A stretch of DNA of 64,000 nucleotides from Paraspadella gotoi (lineage: Eukaryota > Animalia > Chaetognatha), in assembly GCA_051294375.1 (NCBI GenBank), contig CM119264.1, positions 1,807,298-1,871,297 of the forward strand. The letters are read 5' to 3'. The first letter of the stretch is position 1. Each line of letters starts with the position of its first letter. Positions 13,658-28,340 of the stretch are shown here, in pieces. Made by a program: the position numbers and the translations under genes. Below the pieces are notes generated by a model, which saw only the letters and a program-made list of their open reading frames with translations, did not search any database and was not told the origin of the DNA.

Positions 13658-13867
13658 GTCATTTTGGCTCGATAGCGAGGCCCTATGGTATTTTCCGTCA
13701 GCCACCCTACTAGGCTCTTATAGTGTAGTCATTCTGGTTCGATAGCGAGGCCGTGTGATATTTTCCGTCATCCACCCTACTAAGCTATTATAGTGTAGTC
13801 GTTCTGGCTCGATAGCGAGAACCAGTGATATTTTCCGTCATCCACCCTGGTAAGCTCTTATAGTGCG
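13658..13867. repeat. 70-bp tandem repeat x3
   Basis: Units start at 13658, 13728 and 13798: gtcattytggytcgatagcgag...tattttccgtca.ccaccct..ta.gct.ttatagtg. Confidence 0.9.
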
Positions 13868-14799
13868 TCAGTGGAATACTTTGGGTTTAATATTATGTGG
13901 GCACAATCTTTCGTGGTTTCAATCCTAGATTAAAAAAATAGATTGAAGTGGGTCTGGGAGATTTTTCCGTCAGTTGCCTTGCTTTCCGGAACTTCGGATC
14001 CGGAGGTAGGCTTGTTACCATTGGGTTTGAAGATGAAGCGGTAACCCAGTGCGCTCTTACGGCGCTGATGGAAAGAAGAGTCGTATCCAACGGGTAGTGA
14101 TACCACATCACCACAAGATAATTAAATAAATTACGTGTAAATGATTAACGATAATTAATAATTAATAATAATAATAATATTAATAATCGAGCGATTTATC
14201 GCAGATATTCCCTATTCCCTTATTCCTTCAAAATTCACGTTCTGTCTTGTCCCTCGCATAACGTCTTTCGATTCGGTTATCGTTATCCGTCTTCGTCTTC
14301 GTCTTCGTTCTCTCCCCCTTTTCTGCTCGTCGTTCTTAATCTCCTCCTTTTTTTTCGTCGTCCGTTTCTTCGCGTCTTACGTCGTGTCTCGTTCGTCTTT
14401 TCCGTCGTCGTCATTTTTTCGCTTTTCTTTCCTCCTTTCCCTCTTCTTTTTCTTTTCAATCCTCACTTCCCCCAAAATTCATTTACACGATTTTCCAACG
14501 GATTTTTTTTGATCAGAACGCTTTTTCTTTCTTTTTTTTTTTTTTTTTTTTTTGCGGATCGCACAGGGAAAAACTCTTGGTTCTTCCCAACGTCCGATCC
14601 CGCAGGTACCCGCCGCAGGCTCCGTCGCCGGCTGCCCCCCGCCGCCGCATGTCCAAATCGCAGCAGGTCCGAGACAGGACACCCCCCCACGCCTTTTCTC
14701 CGCGGGCCTCTTCCCCCTTCAGCTACCTTCTTTTGTAGCTGCCTCAATGCACGGATGCCATTATGAAAGAGAAGATTTTGGTTTGGGGTCAAATGAGTT

Positions 14800-17700
14800 G
14801 CTAAAGCTTGATTGAATTTATTGACGGTACAAAAAATATTAAATTAGAGAAATAATCGCATTTCTATTTTATTTACGTTAGCTTATTTTGTGTGACCTCA
14901 CAGGATATCTGACATAACGACAGGAATGGAATATGTAGTTATCCGGACCTGAGGGCAAGAGGGAGGGATGGATGGATGGAGGGATATTGAGGGGATGATG
15001 CAGTGACGGACGGAGGAAGACGGAGCGGACGGATATAGGACAAGAAAATTTGGGCTCTTAGTTTTTTCACATCTTCTCGGGCTCCGAAAGGATTAAATGC
15101 TTTCTGTATTATTTCAATCAACAAGCAAATTTTAACAAAGGTGGTCGACAACAGAATTTAGAAAGTTGTTCAAGCGTGCAAAGTAATTATACCTCTCAGT
15201 TATCATTAGCGTAGGACGACTTCAATAGTCTAACGAGAAAACAGAGTGCTGCAGTGAGAGCGTTGATGATGGTAGATAAGTTACCTGCGAATGTCTAGAT
15301 TTCTTCTTATAAATTGATGAAGCGTTTTTCTAATAACTACAATTTTTTTTTGTATTCGCTGTTACTGAAGTTTAGAATTTCACAATGAAGTCGTTAAAAA
15401 TTATGTTTTCTCGTCCTCACGAAATGGTATCTTACATAACGTATACTGGGCGGGTACAAAGTAGAGTGGTGAGTTAAACGAAAGTATGTGCAGCACCAAC
15501 GAGTGAGGAACCGAGTTGACATCCAAGTGGAACGCCGATTAATGGATACTGGAACTGAACAGCCCGTTGCAATTAGGTCTCGCAATAAAACGCAGAGGGA
15601 TGACCAATCGCCGGCTCCATTTTGGGCGCTCGGACAAGCCAGAATTCCAGACTCCTCGCGGTCAAAAATGTGGCAACAAAAAGTCGACGAAAGCAGAATG
15701 GGACACGTGGAACATGCCGTTTGAGTATCGGGTTTGGTGTGTCGGTTGTTGTGTGTCGGTTATGCGGGGGTCAAGTTTCCTCGGCTTCGTCAATTAAGAC
15801 TTGTTTTAACTATAGATCACTATTACTCAGTCAACACAATAAGGTTTTTATTATAAAATATTATATAGTTATACTAAAAACGGTGTGACAAGAGTAAAGT
15901 GTTGATTAACGGATCTGGGTTTTTCCATTATCCATCTTTAAGCAGGAAATGAAATATCCACGTAGTAGCGAGATGTAGGATTTGAAGATGGATAGAGCTC
16001 TAAGTCCCTCAAATATATAAAAATACGCGAGTATTGGAAAAAGATAAATTTTGTATATGAATTTGGTTGAAGTAAAGGATTTTTGGTCTATTAACCTGTC
16101 ATCCAGCCGAATGATTAGAAACGGACTTACAATTGTATAATACGCCAAGAATGGTGTATTAGTTTTAGTAGCTGGGAAGTGCAGATTGTATTAAATTTTC
16201 ATAACGATTAAAACTTTTGTCCTAGTATTGTAAGGGGAATTTGGTAAAGGATTCTAGGACCGAGAATAAGGAATATTTATAATAATATTTTTGTAATTGT
16301 TGTATGCAATACTAACATTATATAAAAAAATAGTAAATAGGGTAATTAAATGATTGTTATATCGTGTAAATTACTTGATCTTTTAATCTCTTAGATTATG
16401 AGTGTTTTAATCATCTATGCTCATGGCCACTTTATGGTTGCATCAAACTGACACTCAGGTCGGGATAGGCAAGTATTTTCCGAGTCAGAGACGCAATTTC
16501 CCAATCAAAAAGAGAGTTTTTAAAAAGATATATGATATGATATAGGACTCTGGTTAAGAATTGAAAGTACCTGGGGATTTATATATGTTAAGTCGATTTT
16601 AGTTTGATAGAATTTAAATAAGATTTGGTTGTAAAAATGGAGTCATGGATTATAGCAAATTGAACTATTAATAAAAATTAGTGTATTAATAAAACAAGGT
16701 TGAGATTGGTTAGTGCGACAAATTTATGTTTTGGAATCAAATGGGGTCAAAGTCTGCAAGTGTACCACATACTGGTATTTAGTGGGTTGTTATTGCTAAA
16801 AGTAAAGACCGGACTTACTGATCTCCTCTCTCTTGTCTATGTCGCACTTCATCGAGTCTGATCGCCGGGTAAGCCACTCTTCGCTCCGCAGTAGAGGTAA
16901 GTTATTAGATGTATGCAGATGTAGTAATAATATTTTCACCACGCCGCCTCCACACCCGAAGACGAATCCATTGAATGCAAAAGAAAACGAGTCGACGGTT
17001 AGAGAGACCAGTAGTGATTGAGTAGAGAGAAGCAGAGATGAATGTAACGAATTGATAAGACATTAATTAATTAATGTTTGACATTGTACCAATTAGGGTG
17101 ACGATGGCACGGACTTTTCTTTAAGTGTTCTTGTTTCCTGCGAGAATTCAATCTTTTTTCAATCAGTTGGTGTGTCTTGGGTTTGGGCGGCGTTCGAACG
17201 CCCCCGCCGGCTGGTAAGAAAGGAGACGTGGTGAGGCACTTTGCGCAACAATGGCGGATACAGAATTTGATAGCTTTTTGTCAGAGATCGGTTCCTCTCA
17301 CCTATCTGGGTGTTGTGATTAAAACGTAACACCCTGCACCCACCGTTTGTCCCTTCTTGTGTGTATAAGTTGTAAGAAGTCCCTAGCCTAAGTAGCTTGT
17401 TTTTTTTAGCGTGTGGCCGGAGTACATATTCTACGCCCCTGCGCCCTGTGATATCGATCTTACCGCCCCGGGCCCTCCCCCTGACTCGACCTCCGCCGCC
17501 GCTTGTTTGCGACCTGTTTTAAGCTTTATTTTTATTTATTTGATTGGAAGATGGCGATTATAAGTGGATTGGCGCCGTTTGTAAACATATTAGTTTTACT
17601 TTCTTTTTCAATTCGACGTTTTGCTGAGTAACGTGTCGCTCCTCTTCCTCCGCGTTCCGCCCCCGCACCACACACCTTCCACAACGCCAGGTTTCGCCCG

Positions 17701-20700
17701 CCCCGCCCCCCCCGCCGATTTTTTTTTGTTTGCTCCGCCCCCGACCCATCCAACATGCTACCCCCACCACCTCTATCCATATGACGCAAGGAGGCCCCAC
17801 GTGTTAGAAGGTCTGGAAAATAAGTGTTGTGTTCGCGCCCTGTCTCCCCCGCCCTGTCTATGCTTGGTCCCCCACTAGCCGATCTTCCTCCGCGCCCGAT
17901 TTCTTTCTTCACACTCTCCACCCACGCGCCCCGAAATCGTGCATTCGTCTCCCCGTCAGTCCTCCCTCTAGACCCCCCCCCGCCCGTCTCTTTTCCCCCC
18001 CACACCCCCCCCCCTCGTCTTGTTCTTCTCGTTCGTCATCGAATGCTGCTCTCTACGTCATCTCATCTCGTCATCTCTACCTCCCTCTTGAGCTGGTCAT
18101 TTCTCTCTCTCTCGTCGGGCGGACATCTCCATTTTACGACTTTGAACGACTACAGGGCGGTGATTACTGTAGTAACCTTATCTTTATTTAGAACCAAGCA
18201 GGTCACGTCTTAAATTTTTGACAAGTAACATTAATTCTGCCGGAAGAAATAGAAAAGTTTATAAAGGTGGAGAAAACTTGAATGTAATTGACGACGGAAT
18301 TTTATAATGTAATGCATTTTAAAAATTAGATTAAAGTAACTTAATTAGTAATTAGCTTGGCCAAATTGTATTATTAGCATTGAAAACTTCGAAAGAAGTC
18401 TCTCTGGCGATACATATTCTCTATACGCACTCCTTGAAGTTAGTCTTGTAATTCTGTCTCTTACAAATATTTCGCGAGCAATATAAGTTTATTAGTAAAA
18501 TCGTTGTTCATTTTTAGTGAGAGGTTAGCGTAGAGTGGGAAATTACGGGTTAAGAATATTTGGTTAAGAACTCGCACTCTCTCAGTATGAGAGATACAAT
18601 GTTAAGCCAAATAATACTTTTAGTAAGTATTCATCGCATCTTGTATTACTTTTATATTTCATGGCTCTCCGAATATTCTATTTTGCGATGTGGACAAATT
18701 ACAAAAGCGAGTTTTAATATATTCCCGAGGTGTGCCTATGTACTGAAGTTCTATCGCAATTTGAATTGATATTATTGTGATATGTAGCACTATTTAATAG
18801 GCTGTCTTTTCTTTTTCAGGCTAATCATGAGTTTAAATTAATGATATAGGAGAGGTGTTAAGGTTAATGATAGGTTATATGGTTCTTGAATCATGTGCGC
18901 TGTTTGCTTGTCTGGAGCATCCTAATTTTCTACAATGATGTAGAGTTCCAGGGTGCACTGTCAAGCGGTCAGAGATATTGAGCCGTCATCCGGGTGTTCC
19001 GGATAAAATCATTCCTTCGTGCGATTGTGAGGAAGCAAATATACTTTTCTGCCAATGGTGCGCGCGTATTACTTGTCAATAAATACTATATCTAAAGGGA
19101 AGACGCAATACTGTACAGGATTCTTCCGCGCCCACTAGAGTTACGATAGGGTGTCTCACCTTACATTACGGCATGTCTATATCATATCTCACATTGAGAT
19201 CGCGAAGAACGCTACTGTAAATGTTCGAAGAGAGTAGTCTCATTGCTCTCTATGCTGCGCGTTCTGGAGTGCTCCTAGCTTTCAAACGTGGTCAGTCTTC
19301 AGTCTGTCAAAATTCATTGCTGTCTGCATGCGCAACACAATAATCAATCCCTCTGAGGTTGTACCTCGGTCAGAGTTTTGGAAGAACTGTCGTATATAAA
19401 ACTATGAAAATAAAACGGGCAAGGTTGAAATATTCCAAAGGAGTAAACTGCATCTTAAAGGATTAAGAAGGAGAAAGCGGTTGGCGCCAGCGACTATGGG
19501 CAGCACGAATATGGTCTTGAGCCCGCATCAGTATCGGCTGTACGGGCTCTGCGCGCTAAATATTTCTGTAATCCGAGTCAAAGGAGGCACGAGAATAGGA
19601 AGATGTCTCTCTTAAAATTGCTCATTGAGATGTGTGACAAGAGGAGAGGTAATTTTGTCAAATCCTTAAGAGAAAAGGAAACCCTAATGGCAGCACTGAA
19701 GAGGGACCTTTTTGATCAGGAGGAGAGAGAGAGAAGAGAGTAGCAGAGTAGAGAGAGAGGGAGAGAGAGAGAGAGATGAGAGAGAGAGAGAGGAGAGAGG
19801 AATAGAAGATTTTGTAGCAAATCGGTTTGGTTTAGTTTGTATTGGGGTTTTGGGCCTTTTGTTTGCCGGCAACTAACATGAGGATATAAGGCGAGATAGA
19901 TAAGGGGGAGGTATTCGGGGTTGAGTGGAGGCACCGAACGGCTCTGACCATTATGAAGAGGATTCGTTAGAGCTTTACGGTGGCAATATGTACGGTAGGT
20001 TACGATTGAGTTAGAATCCTAACACCGGGGGAGGACGAAGAATGTTAATTCAAGACGGACTTGTGATGTATATTTCGGCCGGTCATACGCAACGTCTTTT
20101 TGCGGACTAGCTTATATTGCTTATTATAGGATCTTACCCCGTTGACGTCAGATAGATATTAATGAGTCAATGTTGGTTGTTTTTACTTTGAGTAATCTAT
20201 GTGGGGTCTTTACAAATGGCATCTTCGCTGTTACAGCAGATGCATAGATTAAGAAGACTATTGTAAGCATGTAATTTATATTATGTAACTAGTACCCCAG
20301 AATGGCGGAGCGGATGGCGTGGACGGCTAACTTAGTCAAAAGATTATAGTTTAATGTAAAATACTTGTCGGAGAAAAACTCTACCGAAGACTGAATGGGG
20401 CTTATAGTGCGATTAGAATAGAACATCGTAGTTAATTATTGCATGTTAATTATAGTACGTGTATATGATTAGGAGTTGTAATAGCATTGTAGTTGGTGTA
20501 TAGTAATTTATTAGTTTAATAGGTTGATACTGAGAAATAGCATGATTACTTTGATAGTCGATGACTAATCATGTCAGTTGATGCGAGAGTAGCCGATGAG
20601 TAGTCTGAGCTTCATCTTTAAGCAATAGTGATGTATAGTGCATTCACTGAATAATTGGTGTAATGATGTGTGTCAATTCATCAGTGTACTTCGGCGTTAT

Positions 20701-22600
20701 GTTATGCTGACGTATGTGCATACATAAGTTGCGACGTTGACATATGGACGTGTATGAGGAAAAGAAGTTAGAAGAAGAGAGAGTAAGATATGTAAGGCAG
20801 ATGAGTGTGAGATGGAAGACGATGAGAGGAGGAATGAGAGTGCTAGTGAGTGATGTAAGAGAGATGAGAGACGATGGATAGCAAGGAGTAATAGGAAGTA
20901 TGTAGAGAGTGACGATAGACTAAGTAGTATAGTAGTCAGATCGCAACGATAAAATCTCGGGGGACCATCAGAGATGTAAAATAAGTAAGTGGATTGATCT
21001 ATGAAAAGCTTATAAAATTATGGGCAGGCGAAAAATTATCGTTAATCATATTAAAAGTCTTTAGGATTAGGGCTAATGAAAGAAACATATCAGGATATTA
21101 GATATTATCTTAAGAAGAGTTTGGAAGCGTTATCATGGACGGTCGCCCAGAGAGTTATGACTAGTAAGGAGGACAAGAGCTAGACTTTGATCACTATGGA
21201 GACTGCGCCGCACAGCGAACGCCGTGTAGAGAGGCAGAGAGATGAGACGGAGAGAAAATGAGAGACTGGAGAGAGAAGGCGGCCGTCTAGGTGACTGCAT
21301 GTTTAGTAAAAAAGAGCTAAGGATTGGAAGAAAAGAGGGGCGATGTAATAATTGAATTCGAAGTGACAAGGGTCGTGAGTAGAGAGACGAGATGAGCCAG
21401 CTGCTACTGCCTGGCTTTAGCCTGCAGACAGTACCGGAGCGGTGGGTGATGTTAGGCGAGGTGGGAGTTCGTGGGATTGAAGAGCGTCGTCGTTGCATGC
21501 TGGCGGCCGGAGGATCATGAGTAGGGCAACAGGTAGAGCCTCTACTCTAAGGCACGTCAAAGTGAGCGCGTGAGCGTGACCGAGTTTTGAGCGCAAACCT
21601 GTTCGCTACAGGTGCGATCGGTTTTTTTATTAGTGAGCACTGCAGACTAATAGTTTCAAGTGACGGCCAGTCCATTAAGCGACGGATAAATATAAAGTGT
21701 ATGTAAGAGTAGAAAGAAAATAAGATATTACTGAGAGTGGTAGAAGTTAATGATGAAGTAGAGATGAGAGAAGAGAGTAGTAGTAGTTGAGTAAGAAGAG
21801 GAGTAGAGAAGTAAGAAAGAATATATGAGCTCAGACAGAGCGCTAGCAGTAGGGCGGACTCACTCCTCGTTTTAGACAAATCAGAAGAAGCAGTGTACGA
21901 GAAAAAAGAAGAGTAGAGAGAAGAGCGACATATTTATTTTAAAAAGAAGGAGAGAAAGAGAGAGGCCGAGCCAATATAATAAAAGTTTTTGTTTTGTAAA
22001 TCTAAAAACAATAAACAAATTACGAGAATATTGATATGAACATGAAGAATTTTTAAGATCGTTGAGGATTAGGAAGGGCATATTACTCGAAGTTTGGCAA
22101 CTTATGCACTTGATATCAGCACTTATCAGAAGGCGGCATCGATTGGGCTCAAGATTAATAAGCTGTGAACTGGCGAGGGTAAAGCTAGAGTAAGCGCGGC
22201 CGAATCAAAATCTTGCCAGGACGGGCTTTGCCCGCCCTGGCTGCGATAAAAATAGAATGGAAGTGGGTCTGGGAGATTTTTCGCGTCAGTTTGCCATTGC
22301 TTTCCTGAACTTCGATCCGAGGAGGTGGCTTGTACGACCATGGGTTTTGAAAGATGAAGCGGTAACCCAGTGCGCTCTTACGGTCGCTGATTGGAAAGAA
22401 GAGTCGTAATCCAACGGGTAGTGATACCACACTCACCACAGATAATTAAATAAATTACGTGTAAATGATTAACGATAATTAAATAATTAATATATATTAA
22501 AATAATCATAATAATAATATTAATAAAGAGCGATTTATCGCATAAAGATAACTTCCCTATTCCCGTTAATCCCTTCAAAATTCCAAAAAAGCAATTGTTA
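14800..22600. other. Low-quality, raw-read-like sequence (probable gap fill) containing noisy duplicates of neighbouring loci
   Basis: 18215-18400 is an indel-rich copy of 12788-12958. 22230-22580 is an indel-rich copy of 13930-14235. A 20-bp match to the Rho last exon lies at 15412-15431. No credible ORFs. Boundaries are approximate. Confidence 0.7.
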
Positions 22601-23909
22601 CAGTACAGTTTTTTCCTGTATTATTACATCAGGAATATTATTGTANNNNNNNNNNNNNNNNNNNNNNNNNCTTTTTCTAGGATAACACCATTGTAATAAG
22701 ATGTAATGATTGTAAGAAAATTCGATGTAAATATGTAAATGAAATTTTAAAAGAATGTAAATAAGTTAGTGCATGAGTAAGAGAACTCATTCAACAAAGT
22801 TAGGAATTCTGGTTTCTTGAGTGGATGACGATGACCACCTTCTCCGTCGGCGTGTACTAGCTAGATTTACGACTCTTCGTGAGCCAATAAACAAATATTA
22901 ATTACAAAATGCTCATTTTTGTTCATTAAAAATTCTGGNNNNNNNNNNNNNNNNNNNNNNNNNNNNNNNNNNNNNNNNNNNNNNNNNNNNNNNNNNNNNN
23001 NNNNNNNNNNNNNNNNNATAAAATACTTCTTATTCTAGATTTAAGCCAAGTTTTCTGTTCAAGTACTATAATGATAATCCTTACTCCTGATTTTAATTGA
23101 CATAATTTCTAGTGTCCCCGATTGATTCCTAATTGTTAATTTTGTTTAATTATCGTTTTATTTTTAGTCTTGCTCGATGCTTTTTAGCCCTTTACGCGTT
23201 AAATTTTTTATTCTTTTTATTTCAGAAAAAAATAAGGGGAAACAAAAATTTAGGAGCGTAGTTCATTGTCAGATTTCAAAAAGGGAGGGTCAGGATGTAC
23301 GCAATTTCGCCTTATTTGTTAAAAGTGACAAACTGCAAAAAAAAACAAAGTCGACATTCCGCAATCTCAATCGAATCGAAATGAGCCAGACCAACTATTT
23401 CCCCTTTTTTCGTTAACATGTTCAAACTTGCCCGTCGGAGACGACGATAATTAGGACGACGACGATGATCGAACGAGTACAATGTTTTCTCAGAATACTT
23501 CTTCTTTTTCTTCTTTTTCTTCTTCTTCTTCTGACTTCTTCTTTTCCTATTCTTTTTCTCCTTCTCCCTTTTCTTTCACTATCACTTCTTCCTCTTCCTC
23601 TTCCTCTTCATTCTCCTTATCTCTTGTTTTTGTTTTTAAGCCCGACGTGGCCCGAACAAGCCCGAAAATGTAATATCTTTAGCGAGATATACTTTAAATT
23701 GGCGCACGTATATACGTCAAAATATTGATAAGCGAGTTTTTCTACTTTTCCAATGTGACGAATTACTTAAAAATAGAATCACAATAATTTCCAGTTTTTT
23801 ATAACGACGCATTTACAAATCCAATAATACTATGAAGATTTTATTTCATCACTTATTATAAAAAATTGTAAAAAAATTTCGTTCTAGTCGTCAAAAAAAA
23901 GTAATTTTT

Positions 23910-24948
23910 TTTTGACCGATGAAATACCATGATGGAAAAAAAAACTTGTCGCGGTTTGGAAAAGTCGGTTAATTTCATTGTCAAAAATATTTTTTAGCCA
24001 CTAAATAGGTTTTAATATGTAATATAACTTCTCTAGGACTGAATAAAAAAATTGTTTTTTAAAAGCATAAAATTATTTAATGCATACAAATACTTCCAAA
24101 GGAGGTTGTCTCCAACTGTTTTTACCTTTTATTTATCAAGAGGACTACCTCATATTCATATTAATATTATATCTCTGACATTATATTTTTATCAGATTTA
24201 GGGTAAAAAAATGGTCTTGGCAAGTAGTGGAAAAAGATTGATCCCCTATAAAGTAAACGAGTTGAGTTTTACTGCAAAATGTGATGATGCATTATGATTA
24301 TCTTTTACTTCAACAAAATCTTTGATTTTTTTTGACTCATTTGATACTTGATTCTGATAATTACATCCAGAGGTAATTAAAAATGATAAACTTTGCTCAC
24401 AAAAAGGTTACCAGGAGCCTTATTAACTTTTATTGATACTTTTACATATTAAAAGAGAATATTCTGGAGCATTTATAGCATCAATGTATTTGTAATACCG
24501 CTCTTTTTTGACATATGAATTAACATTCATCCTGAATCTATCTAATGGAGATGATGCAATAACCATTTGACATGAAAAAGAAAAAGGCATGATTTTTAAT
24601 AGTAATGGTTTAACTCAAAAAGTAATAAAAAGAACCGGATAATTAATATAAATAAAAAGTGGAGATTTGAAAAAAATAAAAAAGAAAGAGAAGCATTTTT
24701 TGGAACAACTCATTTTTTTTGCATGGAACTCTTGAATTTTTTGTCATACATAAAGTGAGGACACAAGCTATATATAATCACAAGAGGCCCAAGTTTTTTT
24801 ATATCTAAATTTTATATTCGATTCTTATTATGAAAATGCTGAAAAATAGCTGGAAAGTGACCGCGACAATTTTTTTTTCCATCATGGTAAATAAATCTGA
24901 GTTCTTGACTCGTCAAGAACTCAGATTTATTTATTTCATCGGTCAAAA
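23910..24948. mobile_element. ~1-kb non-autonomous TIR element with a 42-bp palindromic insert in the right TIR
   Basis: Left end ttttgaccgatgaaataccatgatggaaaaaaaaacttgtcgcggt. Right end accgcgacaa(t)nccatcatggTA[aataaatctgagttcttgac tc gtcaagaactcagatttatt]TAtttcatcggtcaaaa. Confidence 0.75.
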
Positions 24949-27071
24949 TAGTTAACATCCTTACAATCGTACTTTAATTAACTTTAATATAAGCAAAAGT
25001 TGCAAAAATAAAATAAAAAGTAAAAATTAATATAAATAGTTTATTATGGACTTAGTTTCGTTGCGTTTGAATTAAGAGAAAAAGAATTTGTTTGTTTTTG
25101 TTTACATAATTTTGAGCTGATGAAGGCCAACAACAACAACAACAACCATGCCAAAACTATTCCTTTTTCTCTTTGTGGATTGAATTTTCGTTGTATGTAA
25201 ACAAAAACTAAACAAATTATTTTTCTCTTGTCTATAAATATTTTAATAATACAAATAATAATTCGCGAATCTAATCCCAGTACGTCGCATCTACCCAAAA
25301 AACGATGTGGTTTGCAATTCGTCTCCGTGATTCTCAACGAAATTTATCAATTTTCGAGATAAATGACGAAGCCAGCGTCGGTCTGTCGGTCTCTCTGTCT
25401 GTCGGTCTGTCCTCGCGTCAAAAAAAGAATCTGCACCAGCATATTTTTTTTTCTCCACTTAACCATCGATTTTGGGTCAACATTTCGAGCGACGACGACG
25501 ACGACGACGACGACGAACGCCGATTGGGGGAAAATTTAACTTTATTGTGACGCAATTAATAAATAATTTGTTTATTATCTTTGTTTGTTTAGTTCCTAAT
25601 TAAATTTGAATGTTACCTCATGAATATAAAAGGGGTTTTATTTTTGTTCTTATTAAAAACGTTCACCTATCATACTAAACGAAAAATATCAAAAGCTACT
25701 ATTAAAACAAAAAAAGATAATCACATTAATAATAAAAATAATAAATGACTATAAATATTGCGTATTAAAGTTCCTCAAACCACCTCAGGCCTAATCGAGC
25801 GAAAATGGTTTTTGTTTCGTCTGCCAAAAATTGTGGGAAAATTCTTTGTTTTTTTTAGTTTTTAGGAAATAGTTTTTCGAATCGACCATTTTAGTCACAG
25901 TCTTGACTTCACATTTTTTTTCACAATTTCTCAAATAAAATTAAAAAAGGAATAAAAGTTTACTTCATTGCTCGGTATGGTATCGTACTATAGATGTTTA
26001 CTAAAAACCAATGGCTGATGTCAAATATACTTATATAACAATCTTTAATTTAAATTTAGTTTAAAAAAGCTATATTTTAATAATAAAATTTTTATACGCA
26101 ATTTTTATCTAATAAAAATATTAGCCTTAGATTAACAATAAAATTAACCAAAAAGCCTATCTGCCCGGGGTTCGAACCCCACCTTCTCTCCCTTCCCAGT
26201 TTTTCTCTCATTCCGCGAATGCATCGGGCGGGTTTGGACTTGGCCCGCCGCGTCGGCTGCCGTCGCTGACGCCGCTCCTGTCGTCGTGGCTGCGTCGGCC
26301 GCTGCTCCTCTCTTCTCATTTCTCAGTCGTCGGCCTGTCAGATCTGGACGCTGCCTCAGCGAGAAATAAAATAACCTTTCTATTTTTTTTTATTATATAA
26401 TGTTAAAATTGCGCAATTTTTTATCCTCTATCGACGAAGTTTAATTTAAAAATGGATTTAATATCGGTTGGGAATTCTCAGCTCGACTAAATCCTAGATG
26501 TTTACTACCGCGTGGTCGGTGATAAGAAAAAACGTGGTGACCAAAAAATAACTTGCGACTCATTGAAAGACTGAATTATTTGGGAAATTTTGTAATTTTA
26601 CTTCCTCGTTGATAACAAGATATAGTTTTGATAAGCTAATTTAGTGTCGAGGGGACCATGGGTATAAAAAGTATTTTCTCCCCAAAAAATTTATTTTGTG
26701 TTATGATTGGTTCGATTTCTCGATTTTTGTATATTTATTTAAAATTCCATAAAAATATTTTTTTTAAAATATATTTAGAAAAATAAAGTTTTTTTTTAAA
26801 AACATGTGCATAAGTTTTATCACAATCGGTCAAGTGGTTTATGATTTTTTAAACTTTTAAAACAAGAAGGGAAAATTAAATATTATTCAAAATCTTCAGA
26901 ATCATTGATCTCTTATTCATCTTATTTTTCAAAAATTTAAAAACTATTATTTAAGGATCTGGGTCAACCTAGTTAAGTAGTTATCCAGTTATCCCTTGAA
27001 AAAGGGGGCTTCTTTGAAAACAAGTGCCCAATTTTAATTCATTTTTTCTTCACTTCAATTTATTAAAACTT

Positions 27072-27305
27072 TGAAGAGACAGTAATTATTGATAAGTGTT
27101 AATGACAGAACCGTTCAATATAAGCAGTCCCTGAGCTTCGGATCAGGCTGTAACACCATGTTACAGGCGGGTTAAGCGCCCCGTCTCTCTTAACTGCCAA
27201 ACGACCACCGGGCTAGAACCCCGGACCTTTGGGTTGGGAGGCGAATGACTTGCCTCCGGCACCAATGGCCACTGATGAACGGTTGGTGGATTTTAGTTCA
27301 CCATA
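27072..27305 (-). mobile_element. tRNA(Gly)-like SINE family A with twister-like core
   Basis: Close copy of 29834-30066(-) and 37046-37265(+). Has a 5' hairpin, a tRNA-like region with A/B boxes (ccggggttctagcccgg) and the core GA CGGG GCGC T TAA CCC GC..CCTGA TCCGAAGC TCAGG. Confidence 0.8.
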
Positions 27306-28111
27306 ACTTAATATATTAATCAATTTCGGCACTTGTTTTCAAGGAAGCCCCCTTGCTGCGGCTCCTAAAGCAGCGGATTCAAACACATGCACAAAAATTG
27401 TATCTTTTGCTACTTCCATCATTGCAACTGATTCCTCCATTGTTCAAATTATCGTCGTCGTTTCTGTCGATCCCGATCCTGACTCTAAGTCATCCAGCCA
27501 GAGAGAGAGTGAGAGAGATTCGCAAAGGGTAAAGGGCAAAGGGGCATCGATGATTGAAAAGGCCGGACGGGGATCAGTGGTGAGAATAGGCCAAGGGTAA
27601 GGAGAGATTGAATTTAGTTTTGAAAAGAAGTGAAATGGTCAATTGGGAAGAGAGAGGGAGAGAGAAAATAATTCATTTCTTAAAGTCTTAATTAATTTCT
27701 TAAGACTTAATGTACTTGTAACAGTTGAAAAGATTTTTGTATACTGAAATTTTTAACATTAATAAATAATTGAAGAAAAGAAAATAGAAAGTGAAAGAGA
27801 TACATTTGGTGATATGAGGGATAGCAAAGTAATTAGTAAAGTGAAAAGTTGGCTTTTCTAAATGAGAGGCTTGGACGATGAGGCCGGGTCATTGACGTGT
27901 TCAGAAGACAGTTCGACCGAGCATGTTAGTGCTGGATTGAGTAGACTTCTCTTTGGCCTGATACGCCGCCGGCTTCCCTCTTCTCGCCTTCTGGCGGGGT
28001 GGGTGGTGTCCATTCTTGCCACTTTTGGGAGGAGAGACATGCGCTTCATCCCCCTGCTTCGTACTCTCATATGCGAGAGTCCTGGGGGCGGCTGTCTGGT
28101 GGTCCTATCAC

Positions 28112-28340
28112 CACAGATGGATTAAAGCCGTTTCTTTCGCAGCGCCTCAGTGGCTCAGTAGACTAATGCACCATCCCAATGTGCGTCCCTGGTTCGAGCC
28201 CTGAGGTTGTCATGTAGAAAGTGGGATGGACCGGGTAAACCGCCTGTAGGCATGGGCCTACTGCCAGATCCAAAGCTCTGGACGACATGAACATGCTGTC
28301 TCGCTGTCGCCACGATGTGACACCGCTCCGGGTGTGGCGC
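28112..28340 (+). mobile_element. tRNA-derived SINE family B with twister-like core
   Basis: A-box gtggctcagtag and B-box ggttcgagcc (28192-28201), followed by the twister-like fold at 28210-28290. Confidence 0.7.
28210..28290 (+). ncRNA. Twister-like ribozyme (P5-type permutation), family B
   Basis: TCATGT(P5) agaaagtgg GA TGGA(T1') CCGG g TAA acc GC c t GTAGGC atgg GCCTAC(P3) t g CCAGA TCCA AA GC TCTGG(P4/L4) acg ACATGA(P5'). P2 is imperfect. Confidence 0.65.

Noticed and set aside
13658-13867. 70-bp repeats as a CRISPR-like array
   Set aside because: Whole units are repeated with no unique spacers, the context is eukaryotic, and there are no cas genes.
13915-14470. Possible minus-strand exons (..YDSSFHQRRKSALGYRFIFKP..)
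   Set aside because: Coding-like, but there are no reliable splice partners or recognisable family; upstream sequence is low quality.
27272-27305. CTGATGA as a hammerhead core (also at 30034, 25098, 48347)
   Set aside because: No correctly placed stem II + GAAA + stem III. In family A it lies on the antisense strand of the element.
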